Program-made: the position numbers and the translations under genes
Assembly: GCA_004214155.1 (NCBI GenBank)
Contig: SGYQ01000002.1
Location: 17,429-81,428 of the forward strand
Direction: 5' to 3'
DNA length: 64,000 nucleotides
From: Burkholderiaceae bacterium
GTDB lineage: Bacteria; Pseudomonadota; Gammaproteobacteria; Burkholderiales; Burkholderiaceae_A
Notes under the pieces: generated by a model
Told to the model about the DNA's origin: nothing
What the model saw: only the letters and a program-made list of their open reading frames with translations
Database searches by the model: none
Shown here: piece after piece, positions 18,888-28,160 of the stretch
How positions within the stretch are numbered: the stretch's first letter is position 1
How the letters are laid out: each line of letters begins with the position of its first letter

Positions 18888-19600
18888 ACATTTCGTTTGA
18901 CCATAATTTCCTTTATTTTTCCTATCGCCTTCGTCGGATTGAGGCCTTTCGGACAAACATCTACACAGTTCATTATTGTATGACATCTAAACAAACGATA
19001 AGGATCTTCTAAGTTATCCAATCTTTCAGCGGTATTATCGTCTCTGCTATCCGCAATAAATCTGTATGCCTGCAATAATCCCGCAGGACCGACAAATTTG
19101 TCAGGGTTCCACCAAAATGAAGGGCAGCTAGTTGAGCAACAAGCGCACAAAATGCACTCATAAAGCCCGTCAAGTTCCTCTCGCTGCTGTGGACTCTGCT
19201 TACGCTCTTTTTCCGGCGGAACAGAAGAATTTTGTAGATAAGGCTTGATGGATTCGTATTGCTTGAAAAATTGCGTCATGTCAACTATCAAGTCTCTGAT
19301 AACAGGGAGCCCAGGTAATGGTTTTAAAACAATGGGTTCTCTCAAATCATTCAAGTTTGTTATACAAGCTAGCCCATTTTTCCCATTTATGTTCATTGCG
19401 TCAGAACCGCAGACACCCTCTCGGCAAGATTTTCTAATGGCTATTGAATCATCAACTATTCCTTTAATCTTTAACAAAGCATCAAGTAGCATACGATCAG
19501 TACTCTCAAGCCCAACCTTAATATCTTGCATATAGGGTTTTTCGTCCTTGTCAGGATCGTATCTAAAAATCTTGAATTTCGTTTCTCTAATTTCTGACAT
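18884..19600 (-). CDS. sdhB: Succinate dehydrogenase iron-sulfur subunit
   Basis: Three Cys clusters: [33 protein letters not shown] and [12 protein letters not shown]. Confidence 0.95.
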   Translation of the reverse strand: MSEIRETKFKIFRYDPDKDEKPYMQDIKVGLESTDRMLLDALLKIKGIVDDSIAIRKSCREGVCGSDAMNINGKNGLACITNLNDLREPIVLKPLPGLPVIRDLIVDMTQFFKQYESIKPYLQNSSVPPEKERKQSPQQREELDGLYECILCACCSTSCPSFWWNPDKFVGPAGLLQAYRFIADSRDDNTAERLDNLEDPYRLFRCHTIMNCVDVCPKGLNPTKAIGKIKEIMVKRNV

Positions 19601-19611
19601 ATAACCTTCCC

Positions 19612-21414
19612 TTAAAACGTTCTCTTTTTTGGCGCAAACGACTCTACTGAAGAAGGTTTCAAAATTACAGGTTTGTAATCGAGTCTGTTATCTTTTGAGA
19701 ACCACAAAGTGTGTTTCATCCAACCTTTGTCATCTCTCTCAGGAAAATTGTCGTGCGAATGCGCCCCTCTGCTTTCTTTTCTGGCATCAGCTGAAATAAT
19801 GGTGGCTTTTGCAACTTCGATCATATTGAAAATTTCTATTGCTTCAATTCTAGCTGTATTGAAAACAGATGACTTATCTTTCATGAAAAGCTTATCCATG
19901 GAACTATCGATATCTAATATTTTTTCTACGCCTTTCTTTAATAGATCTTCATTTCGAAAAACTCCACAATATTTCTGGGTCGTTTCCCTAATGAGATTGC
20001 CAGTTTCCATTACATCCTCTCCAGAATTATTACTATCTAGACGCTTTAGGCGTTCGATAGTTCTGTCTGCACCATCCGCTGGCACTCTTCTATGACCCTC
20101 TGCCGAAATATTTTTGTTAACTAAATATCTACCGGTCGCTCGACCGAAGACGATAAGGTCCAATAACGAATTCGTTCCTAGTCGATTGGCTCCATGCACA
20201 GATACACAGGCGCATTCACCAATAGCATAGAGACCCTCAACAACTGAGTGGCTTCCCTGCATTCCGTCTTGTGAGTCTGGTATTATCACCTGGCCATTGA
20301 TGTCAGTTGGTATTCCACCCATTTGGTAATGGATGGTTGGAACTACCGGTATTGGGTCTTTGATGGGGTCTACATTTGCGAACTTTATTGCAATTTCTCG
20401 TATGGAAGGTAGCTTTTTTAATATCTTCTCCTCGCCCAAATGATCTAACTTTAGCAACACGTGATCTTTATTTTCGCCGCAGCCTCTTCCTTCATTAATC
20501 TCCTGTCCCATAGAGCGAGAAACAAAGTCTCTGGGTGCTAAATCTTTCAAGGTTGGTGCATATCGTTCCATAAATCTTTCACCATCACTATTTAATAAGA
20601 CCCCACCTTCTCCTCTCACGCCTTCTGTAATCAAAACACCAGCCCCAGCAACTCCAGTTGGATGAAACTGCCAGAACTCCATATCTTGCAACGGTATGTC
20701 TGCACGTGCCGCCATGCCTGCTCCATCACCAGTATTGATAAAAGCATTGGTGGATGCTGCCCAAATTCTACCTGCGCCTCCAGTTGCTAAAACAGTCGCT
20801 TTACTCTCAAAAAACATCAAATTTCCTGTTTCCATCTCGAGCGCTACAACACCAACACAATCCCCCTCATCATTCCTTACAAGATCAAGCGCCATCCACT
20901 CTATAAAAAATTGAGTTTTTGCTTCGACATTTTTTTGGTACAACGTGTGCAATAGTGCGTGGCCCGTTCTGTCGGCAGCAGCGCAAGCTCTTTGTACCGG
21001 CTTTTCTCCGAGATTTGCAGTGTGCCCACCAAACGGTCTTTGATAAATTGTCCCATCCTCATTTCTGTCAAAGGGCATACCGAAGTGCTCAAGCTCATAC
21101 ACGGCACTGGTTGCCTCTCGACACATGAACTCGATAGCGTCTTGATCGCCCAGATAATCCGAGCCCTTGACTGTGTCAAACATGTGCCAATACCAATTAT
21201 CCTCGCTCATATTGCCTAGAGAAGCACCAATTCCTCCCTGAGCTGCGACGGTGTGGGACCGAGTCGGAAAAACTTTTGACAAAACAGCTACATTAACCCC
21301 TGATTGCGCAAGTTGAAGAGAACATCTCATTCCTGCTCCCCCAGCTCCCACGATTACCGAATCGAACCGCCTTCTAGGAAGACCTGAGATTTTGTGAGAT
21401 ATAATTTCAGCCAT
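19612..21414 (-). CDS. sdhA: Succinate dehydrogenase flavoprotein subunit
   Basis: VGAGGAG FAD fold and [10 protein letters not shown] (covalent FAD His). ORF track start is GTG 21429; I prefer ATG 21414, 2 nt after the sdhD stop. Confidence 0.95.
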   Translation of the reverse strand: MAEIISHKISGLPRRRFDSVIVGAGGAGMRCSLQLAQSGVNVAVLSKVFPTRSHTVAAQGGIGASLGNMSEDNWYWHMFDTVKGSDYLGDQDAIEFMCREATSAVYELEHFGMPFDRNEDGTIYQRPFGGHTANLGEKPVQRACAAADRTGHALLHTLYQKNVEAKTQFFIEWMALDLVRNDEGDCVGVVALEMETGNLMFFESKATVLATGGAGRIWAASTNAFINTGDGAGMAARADIPLQDMEFWQFHPTGVAGAGVLITEGVRGEGGVLLNSDGERFMERYAPTLKDLAPRDFVSRSMGQEINEGRGCGENKDHVLLKLDHLGEEKILKKLPSIREIAIKFANVDPIKDPIPVVPTIHYQMGGIPTDINGQVIIPDSQDGMQGSHSVVEGLYAIGECACVSVHGANRLGTNSLLDLIVFGRATGRYLVNKNISAEGHRRVPADGADRTIERLKRLDSNNSGEDVMETGNLIRETTQKYCGVFRNEDLLKKGVEKILDIDSSMDKLFMKDKSSVFNTARIEAIEIFNMIEVAKATIISADARKESRGAHSHDNFPERDDKGWMKHTLWFSKDNRLDYKPVILKPSSVESFAPKKRTF

Positions 21415-21416
21415 AG

Positions 21417-21794
21417 TTAAATTTTCCACATAATTTCAAAAACCCAAATACCGCAAACCAACAACCAAACGATAGTAAAAATCTGTAAGGCTAATCTAAC
21501 ACTGACCGGTTTTATGTAATCCATCCAAATGTCTCTCACCCCGACCCAGGCATGATAACAAATTGCCACGGTCGCTAAAAGTGTTGCAACCTTCACCCAA
21601 AAAACTTGAAATAGCGTAGACCATCGTAAAAAACCGTTGTTCCCAGATAATAAAAAAGTGACAGATAAAATTATGGAGTAACTAGCTAAAACAACTGCAG
21701 TTATCCTTTGCGCTAACCAGTCTTTCAGCCCATAATGAGCGCCAACAACAGTGCGCTTCGTACCAAATTCAGTGTTTCTGAAATCGTAACCCAT
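21417..21794 (-). CDS. sdhD: Succinate dehydrogenase membrane anchor subunit
   Basis: 125 aa, three hydrophobic helices, located between sdhC and sdhA. Confidence 0.85.
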   Translation of the reverse strand: MGYDFRNTEFGTKRTVVGAHYGLKDWLAQRITAVVLASYSIILSVTFLLSGNNGFLRWSTLFQVFWVKVATLLATVAICYHAWVGVRDIWMDYIKPVSVRLALQIFTIVWLLVCGIWVFEIMWKI

Positions 21795-21810
21795 TTTTTT
21801 CTCTTAACTC

Positions 21811-22209
21811 TTAAAAATACAACATTTTTAACGATAAGATTGCTAATATTATCGTAACCAGGATAGCCGATACATTAACAACTAGACCCCACTTAGATGC
21901 GCTTTCTTTGGATAGACCAAAATGCAGGTCACAAATTAAATGTCGTATACCTGCAAAGAAATGATGTGAAAAAGCCCAAACTATCCCAACGTAGATGACA
22001 AAAAACATCGGGTGAGACAGTAACGCTAAAACTTCCTTATATCCTTGCTCTGACGATAGGCTTAGATCAAAAAAGTAAACTATAAAAGGGAACATTAGAA
22101 ATAATGAAGCACCACTTACCCTATGAAGAATAGACATTATCCCAGCTGCAGGCAGGCGATAACTTAATATTTGATCTATACGTATGTTTCGAAATTTTTT
22201 TCTACCCAT
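21811..22209 (-). CDS. sdhC: Succinate dehydrogenase cytochrome b556 subunit
   Basis: 132 aa, three helices, SILHRVSG heme-ligand context. First gene of the sdh operon. Confidence 0.85.
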   Translation of the reverse strand: MGRKKFRNIRIDQILSYRLPAAGIMSILHRVSGASLFLMFPFIVYFFDLSLSSEQGYKEVLALLSHPMFFVIYVGIVWAFSHHFFAGIRHLICDLHFGLSKESASKWGLVVNVSAILVTIILAILSLKMLYF

Positions 22210-22311
22210 AAAAGCAAAAATTGTTTACCATTCTGATTAAATTAACTGCTTATTGTTTCATTACTTAACCTGCAAGTAAACCTTAAAAACCTAGTATTTT
22301 GGAGTGACATT

Positions 22312-23301
22312 TTGCCAGCATCAAATGAAAAAACCGTTAAGGTAAGTGTAACGGGAGCCAGTGGCCAAATTGGTTACGCTATTTTATTTCGTATTCTTAA
22401 TGGAGAAGTCTTTGGAAAACACGTCAAGATCGATCTGCAACTAATTGATATCAATGTAGATAAAATCCAAAGAGCTCTTCATGGTGTAGCTTTAGAGTTA
22501 GAGGATTGCGCGTTTCCCTTGCTAAACAATTTAACTTTACACTCAGACCCCCACACTGGTTTTACAGATACAGAGTACTGTTTCTTAATTGGAGCTAAGC
22601 CTAGAGGACCGGGTATGGAGAGGAAGGATTTGCTGCAAGCAAATGGGGAGATATTCAAAACTCAAGGGGTCGCATTAAATGAAAGAGCCTCGAGGAGAGT
22701 TAAAGTTGTTGTGGTGGGCAATCCTGCCAATACAAATGCTTATATAGCGATGATGTCTGCGCCAGATCTTTCAAAGGAAAACTTTTCTGCAATGATGCGT
22801 CTCGATCACAATAGAGCCTTGAATCAGATAGCGAGTAAGCTTGATTCAAATGTAAATAGATTGTCAAACATCTGCGTTTGGGGAAATCACTCTCCTACTA
22901 TGGTGGTAGACATTAATAATGGATTGCTAGATGGTTCAAATAACTTAAAAGATTTGCTTAATAAGGAATGGATTGCAGAAACTTTGCAGCCAACTGTTGC
23001 GAAACGAGGTGCGAAAATTATCGACCAGCGTGGGTTATCATCCGCAGCTAGTGCAGCTAACGCAGCTATTGACCATATGCACGATTGGGTTAACGGGACA
23101 ACATGGACCACTATGGGAGTGCCGTCCCAGGGTGAATATGGCATTCCTGAAAATATTATTTCTGGCTTTCCGGTAAACTGTAACGGCGAGAGGTATTCGA
23201 TAATTCAAAACGTGGATATCGATGATGTGTTGCAAAAAAAGATTGAGGTTTCAATAGCGGAGCTTAAAGATGAACAGGAAAATATTAAAGGCCTTCTGTA
23301 G
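22312..23301 (+). CDS. mdh: Malate dehydrogenase (LDH-like type 2, ~329 aa)
   Basis: VTGASGQIGY NAD fold, GNPANTN and MRLDHNRA motifs. TTG start at 22312, preceded by ggag. Confidence 0.95.
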   Translation: MPASNEKTVKVSVTGASGQIGYAILFRILNGEVFGKHVKIDLQLIDINVDKIQRALHGVALELEDCAFPLLNNLTLHSDPHTGFTDTEYCFLIGAKPRGPGMERKDLLQANGEIFKTQGVALNERASRRVKVVVVGNPANTNAYIAMMSAPDLSKENFSAMMRLDHNRALNQIASKLDSNVNRLSNICVWGNHSPTMVVDINNGLLDGSNNLKDLLNKEWIAETLQPTVAKRGAKIIDQRGLSSAASAANAAIDHMHDWVNGTTWTTMGVPSQGEYGIPENIISGFPVNCNGERYSIIQNVDIDDVLQKKIEVSIAELKDEQENIKGLL

Positions 23302-23321
23302 CGAGCTTTGTTCAGGTAAAA

Positions 23322-23363
23322 AAAAGGCAGTCTGGAAAAGGCAGGCTGGAAAAGGCAGCCTGA
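23322..23363. repeat. Three tandem 14-bp units AAAAGGCAG[T/G/C]CTGG immediately downstream of mdh
   Basis: Read directly: aaaaggcagtctgg aaaaggcaggctgg aaaaggcagcctga. Units 2 and 3 can pair (CAGGCTG/CAGCCTG, 7-bp stem). Confidence 0.8.
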
Positions 23364-23468
23364 TTCCAGTCAGTCATCTAGAAAAATTTTTGTAATTAGC
23401 GGGAAACCTAGTTTTTTAAAGTATTGTAACTGTAGATTTTAAAATAAAGGTTGTTAAAAGGAAATTTA

Positions 23469-24641
23469 ATGAAACAATCGCCCTCTTCAAAAAGAGGCAG
23501 AAGTCATAGAAGCGCAGAGTCCTTAATTAGATTGGCTGAGGGTTTAGCGACTTCGGGAAGTCGTGCCGAGGATGTATATTGGAACAAGAAGCTTGAAGCG
23601 GAAATAAAAAAAGTAATTCTAGAAAAGGATGAGATTTCTTTGAACGTGGCTCTAGATAAACTTTCAGAGAAAGAATCCAGGGCACATGAAGAACTAGCTG
23701 ATGCTATAGAGGGGTGTGTCGAATTTGAAAGAATCATTGTTGGCGAAGAAACATTTGACTCATTACTTATAACAGCCCCAATTTTGGCATGGTCAACTAT
23801 GGGCTTAGCGAATTTTCATGTTTCTCCTGAACAGCTTGAAGAAATAAGTTGCTTGCTTAAAAAACATGTTTTTAATCAAAATGCGCAAATTTCTTTGGTT
23901 AACTATCTATATTCCCCTGACCAGCTTCCCGAGTCATTTATTGAAACAAGGCAGTTGAAAAAAGCTATCACTCACTCCTTATTAAAGAGGCATCATCTGA
24001 TACTTAATGAGGGAGAGATCAAGGAGACAGCTACATTTTTAGCTGATCAAAGGCATCTTCTTGGGGTAGTAGCTGTTGCCACAGGTGAACATATATTTAG
24101 ATGGCAGGACAATTTTATGCAACCTGAAGAAATCGAGGCTGCCTGGAAAAAAGTTAGTGACGAAATATTCTCAAAGATTATGCCTCAGTGTGCTAGGGAC
24201 GTGGTTCTTCCACGGGCGTACTACGTTGCTTGTAGAGACGCTGATAGGCAGTTGCGGAAATTTTCCATTAATGCGTCTGTTTGTTACCTGTCATCTTCTT
24301 TGTCTATAACCAACGAATCCCTACTAGTCGTAATAGGTGGTTGTTATGATAGACAACTTGAGGAGTATCGTATCAGTTTTTGCGACAAAAGAACCTTCGA
24401 GGTTTATCACGGTATCGTATGGCCATTGTTGGGGCCAGAGGACGAATACAGCGAGCTTAATGAAATTATTGAGCAGTATTTAAAATCTTGTGGCATATCT
24501 GAGGTGAAATTTTTAACTCAGCGCTTGCCGCTAGAGTATTGTGAAGATTGTGGTTCGCCACTATACCCGAACATCGAAGGCGAGATGGTTCACACCGAGC
24601 AACCCGAAAACGATGACTTCCAACACCAACACATCCATTAA
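23469..24641 (+). CDS. Hypothetical conserved-looking cytoplasmic protein (~390 aa), function unknown
   Basis: ORF track 23451..24641 (TTG). Start set to ATG 23469 (MKQSPSSKRGR). No signal peptide and no catalytic motif that I recognise. C-terminal CEDCGSPLYP...HQHIH. Confidence 0.5.
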   Translation: MKQSPSSKRGRSHRSAESLIRLAEGLATSGSRAEDVYWNKKLEAEIKKVILEKDEISLNVALDKLSEKESRAHEELADAIEGCVEFERIIVGEETFDSLLITAPILAWSTMGLANFHVSPEQLEEISCLLKKHVFNQNAQISLVNYLYSPDQLPESFIETRQLKKAITHSLLKRHHLILNEGEIKETATFLADQRHLLGVVAVATGEHIFRWQDNFMQPEEIEAAWKKVSDEIFSKIMPQCARDVVLPRAYYVACRDADRQLRKFSINASVCYLSSSLSITNESLLVVIGGCYDRQLEEYRISFCDKRTFEVYHGIVWPLLGPEDEYSELNEIIEQYLKSCGISEVKFLTQRLPLEYCEDCGSPLYPNIEGEMVHTEQPENDDFQHQHIH

Positions 24642-24651
24642 GAATTAATGC

Positions 24652-26484
24652 CTAGTAATTCGCATTTACCCCAATCGAAAATTGTTGCGGGATAGTATTG
24701 TAGCCATAAGCGAGTTGATACTTTTTATTTGTTAAGTTTTGCATAGTTACAAAAACATTAACAGCTTTGTTCAATTTGTATTTAACCGAGCTATTCACTA
24801 CAAAGTACTTTGGTAAGCTTTGCGAAGAATAATCACTATCCTTTCTAGCTGAAGACCCTGTACCACGTATTGAAAAAGCATACCTATCCTTCTTAAAGCT
24901 AAACCCAACAGATCCAAAAAAGTTTGCTCTTCTAGCGCTCTGGATTAACGCGGACGGATTTAAACCATCAGGAGATTGAGGGTTTTGAAAAGTAAGAGAA
25001 ACATTAAAGATTTTTTTATCGGCAATATTTTTTAATGAAACTTCAAATCCCGAATTATTAAGACGAGAAAAATTTTTCGCTTTGTATCCGTCTGAGGGGT
25101 CGTAAGTAATAGGGTTAGTTGTTTTCGTATCAAAGTAAAATAACCTAAACATTAGAGAATCTTTTAAAAAAGTATAACCAGCCTCGAATTGATCGTGTTC
25201 TTCAGGTAAAACTTCAGAGTTTGTTGATAAAGCATATGCGTTTGGCGAAACAAATCCCGTGGAGTGGTTTGCATTGAAGGAATGTTCGGGTGTTATTGAA
25301 TAACCAACCCCCATTAAATAAGTGACTCGAGATTTAAATCGATTTGTATTGTCATTTCTAAGATTTGCTTGCAAAGCGACAGGGCCACGCTGACTAACAT
25401 ATGCCAAGAATACTGATTCGAAGTCTCTACTCTTAATGCCCGATGACGAAGGGTTTCGGCTTACCGATCTTTTTTCAACCCCTAACAGAAGGTTACTATT
25501 GTCATCTAACTGAATATCATTTTGGAAAGCGACTTTATCTTCTTTTGTTACAAAAAATTGTCCGTAATTATATCGTAGGTTAATCTTCGAACTATCAACC
25601 GAGATTTGTGCATTGTTATTGTTGGCTAAATCAAAATTATATACAAAATTTATTTGTTCTTGATCTGAGTTTTGTTTTGGGTTGTTACCAAAAAATGAAT
25701 TATCAAAAAAAGTTTCGGAATCGGTTTTGAAGTATGTAAAGTTTGCTAAGCCATCTTTTAGACGTTTTGAAAAGCTTAGGTTAATCGTTTCGTTTTTGTG
25801 TTTGTCGTTATCACTATCTGTTGAATCAGAGGAAAATGTTTGATTAGGGTTTGTTGCTGAGAAACCATTTGTTTGCAATAGATTTCCAGAAATTAATGCC
25901 GTTAACGAATCATCGATAGACGTATCTATGTTAAAACTTATATTTTTAGTTCCAAAGCTTCCAGTTTCAAGCCGGATTAATTTGTTGGCTCGCTTATCCA
26001 CGCTATAACCAGCTTTTGTTGTACGAATATTTATTACTCCACCAATTGCTCCTTCTCCATAGACAGAGGACAAATTGCCGGGAATAACTTCTATTCTTTC
26101 AACTAAATCCAATGGTATGTTTTCAGCAAGAGAAGATTGAGTTAGTTCATCTCGCAAACGCACGCCATTTAACAACACTAAAACATTGCGGCTTTCCGAA
26201 CCTCTTAAAAAAAAGGACGTTACGCCACCGAGACCTCCATTACGACCCACCTGAACGGAAGATCTGTTTTGCAGCAGATCAGCCAATGATTTAACACCAG
26301 ATTGTTCAATATCTTCCCTATCGAATACAGAGATATTCGAAAATGTTTTTGATAACCTTTGTTTTAAACCTGAGCCACTAACCGTTATGGGATCAAGTTG
26401 CGTTGCTTGCAGGTTGCCTTTTGTAAAAATAAGGCCGAATAGAATAAGTAAAATTGACCAAAATACGTGATAACAGATCTTCAT
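24652..26484 (-). CDS. btuB: TonB-dependent outer membrane receptor, BtuB-like (cobalamin)
   Basis: Signal peptide, TonB-box-like DPITVSGS, plug domain (SLADLLQNRSSVQVGRNGGLGGVTSFFLRGSESRNVLVLLNGVRL), ~22-strand barrel length and a terminal aromatic residue (..NANY). Start set to MKICYHVF (ATG 26484). Preceded by a cobalamin riboswitch. Confidence 0.85.
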   Translation of the reverse strand: MKICYHVFWSILLILFGLIFTKGNLQATQLDPITVSGSGLKQRLSKTFSNISVFDREDIEQSGVKSLADLLQNRSSVQVGRNGGLGGVTSFFLRGSESRNVLVLLNGVRLRDELTQSSLAENIPLDLVERIEVIPGNLSSVYGEGAIGGVINIRTTKAGYSVDKRANKLIRLETGSFGTKNISFNIDTSIDDSLTALISGNLLQTNGFSATNPNQTFSSDSTDSDNDKHKNETINLSFSKRLKDGLANFTYFKTDSETFFDNSFFGNNPKQNSDQEQINFVYNFDLANNNNAQISVDSSKINLRYNYGQFFVTKEDKVAFQNDIQLDDNSNLLLGVEKRSVSRNPSSSGIKSRDFESVFLAYVSQRGPVALQANLRNDNTNRFKSRVTYLMGVGYSITPEHSFNANHSTGFVSPNAYALSTNSEVLPEEHDQFEAGYTFLKDSLMFRLFYFDTKTTNPITYDPSDGYKAKNFSRLNNSGFEVSLKNIADKKIFNVSLTFQNPQSPDGLNPSALIQSARRANFFGSVGFSFKKDRYAFSIRGTGSSARKDSDYSSQSLPKYFVVNSSVKYKLNKAVNVFVTMQNLTNKKYQLAYGYNTIPQQFSIGVNANY

Positions 26485-26527
26485 TTTTTCTTTTCCCAGC
26501 CCAGCCCCCAAGGCTTTAAAGTTTACA

Positions 26528-26691
26528 AAACGGCCGGTATCCAGGCTCCGAAGATCGATTTAAAATCGGAAGAAACTCAACCTTCCCAAAAATTTTCATT
26601 TTCAGTGGATAATGAGCTCTCTCTTCGCTACTGTTTTGGGGAAAGCATTGGATTTTGACCAATTTCCCGTTTAACTGTTTAAGCACCGTTT
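26528..26691 (-). promoter_or_regulatory. Cobalamin (B12) riboswitch in the btuB leader
   Basis: The minus-strand read gives aaacggtgcttaaacagttaaacGGGAAattGGTcaAAATCCaatgctttccccaaaacagt...ggAGCCTGGATACCGGCCgttt. The GGGAA..GGT..AAATCC core and an AGCCTGGATACCGGCC B12 box are present. aaacgg (26691-26686) pairs with ccgttt (26533-26528) as P1. Confidence 0.8.
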
Positions 26692-26702
26692 CTGATAAAC
26701 CG

Positions 26703-26731
26703 AGTGTAAAGTAAAACTGACAGCTGCGCAA
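26703..26731 (-). promoter_or_regulatory. Putative sigma-70 promoter for the riboswitch-btuB transcript
   Basis: Minus strand: TTGCGC (26731-26726), a 17-nt spacer, then TACACT (26708-26703), ending ~10 nt before the P1 stem. Hexamer match only. Confidence 0.3.
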
Positions 26732-27065
26732 CTTTTTTATGTAATAAAGATCTTACAGTAAGAGTTACTTCAAACTGTTATCCACTTGACAATCATAATT
26801 AGTGACGTGTGACACGATATTCACATAGTACGAGTTACTGGCAATAATAAGTACGGTAAAGTTGTATTCCAGAATGCTCCCAGATTTAGTGGGAAATGAC
26901 ATAAACCTGGGGGTGTATAGTCCGTATTGCCGTATAATAAAAAAAATTGTGACCAATGGTCTATTACTTACTCAACAAACGCTAGGCAACTAAAACTTTA
27001 CAATAGAATTACAGTCACAGTTGCTTTAAACAAATATTACACAAGCAATACTTGTTTTTTCCTTT

Positions 27066-28160
27066 ATGTTTTTATTTTTATTGACTTCGTTCTGTATTTT
27101 TTCCGGTGTAGCTATTTACTTGTATAGACTTTGGGGTTCCTCATATACATTCTCGTTATTTTCCGTAGCGACAATCTCCGCTATTATGTACTCGGTAGTG
27201 GGTACACTTAGCGAAAACGCTATGGATGTTTCTTTTTCAGCACAAGAAAGCCTGCTGACGGAATCTATTTTTGGAAATACTTTAGTTGCAGACCAAACAA
27301 CAGATACAAGTGGTCTAAGTGAGTACATACAATCTCTTGAAAAAGATTTAATCGACGACAGTGACGATGTTAATAAATGGGTGTTGCTGGCCAGGTCATA
27401 CATGAAAAAACAAAATTTTAAACAAGCATCTGACGCATATGAAGAAGCATTAAAAATACTACCTGAGCAAACCGATTTGATGACAGAGCTAGCAGATTCG
27501 CTAGCGATGATCGATGATGGGAATCTAAACGGAAGACCGATGAATTTGATTAAACGGGTTTTGGAAGTAGAACCAACTCATCAAAAAGCATTAGCTTTAG
27601 CTGCAACTAATGCTATGAATAACACAGAAATAGGAAATGCAATCAGCTACTGGACCAGACTAAAGGACACCCTGCCGGAAAATTCTGATGATGCAGAAAA
27701 AGTGTTAAAGATAATTCGGGCTCTAAAGGGTGAGAATCCGCCAAGATCTGATTTCTCATCTACAAACAATCTCGCAAAAAAAGTACTAGAAGGAAAATTA
27801 AGCATAGACAAAGACTTATTTTCCTTAATTCAAAAATCTTTGACTGCAAGTTCTGCAATTTTTTTAATTGTAAAAGAAAGAAATGGAGTTGCAATGCCGA
27901 TCGCAGTTAAAAAGATTTTGTATGATGAGTTTAAGGAACCTTTTATTAATAGCAAGGTTATCAATTTTAAGATTTCTGATGTCCACAGTATGAGGACGGA
28001 AGTTAAACTCAGCGATTTTGGCGAAGTTATGGTTTCAGCAAGACTGTCTTTGTCTGGCGAGGTTAAACCACAAGCTGAAGATTTGACAACAAATGTGTCC
28101 CTGGTAAAAAGTGATAATAAGTTTGTCAAACTCCAATTTCTACAAAACACAGATAATTAA
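27066..28160 (+). CDS. ccmI: Cytochrome c maturation protein CcmI/CycH (TM + TPR)
   Basis: Two N-terminal hydrophobic helices, then TPR-like repeats (WVLLARSYMKKQNFKQASDAYEEALKILPEQ...). The stop overlaps the ccmA start (TAATG). Confidence 0.65.
   Translation: MFLFLLTSFCIFSGVAIYLYRLWGSSYTFSLFSVATISAIMYSVVGTLSENAMDVSFSAQESLLTESIFGNTLVADQTTDTSGLSEYIQSLEKDLIDDSDDVNKWVLLARSYMKKQNFKQASDAYEEALKILPEQTDLMTELADSLAMIDDGNLNGRPMNLIKRVLEVEPTHQKALALAATNAMNNTEIGNAISYWTRLKDTLPENSDDAEKVLKIIRALKGENPPRSDFSSTNNLAKKVLEGKLSIDKDLFSLIQKSLTASSAIFLIVKERNGVAMPIAVKKILYDEFKEPFINSKVINFKISDVHSMRTEVKLSDFGEVMVSARLSLSGEVKPQAEDLTTNVSLVKSDNKFVKLQFLQNTDN

Noticed and set aside
23343-23363. CAGGCTG/CAGCCTG hairpin as the intrinsic terminator of mdh
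   Set aside because: The stem is only 7 bp with a 7-nt loop and has no following U-tract (the next bases are attccagtcag). It is reported as a repeat instead.
26765-27127. Short ORFs of 63 aa (minus) and 66 aa (plus) in the btuB-ccmI spacer
   Set aside because: Ile/Phe/Tyr/Asn-rich AT-driven translations with no ribosome-binding context or motif. The 66-aa ORF overlaps the ccmI start. I treat them as non-coding.
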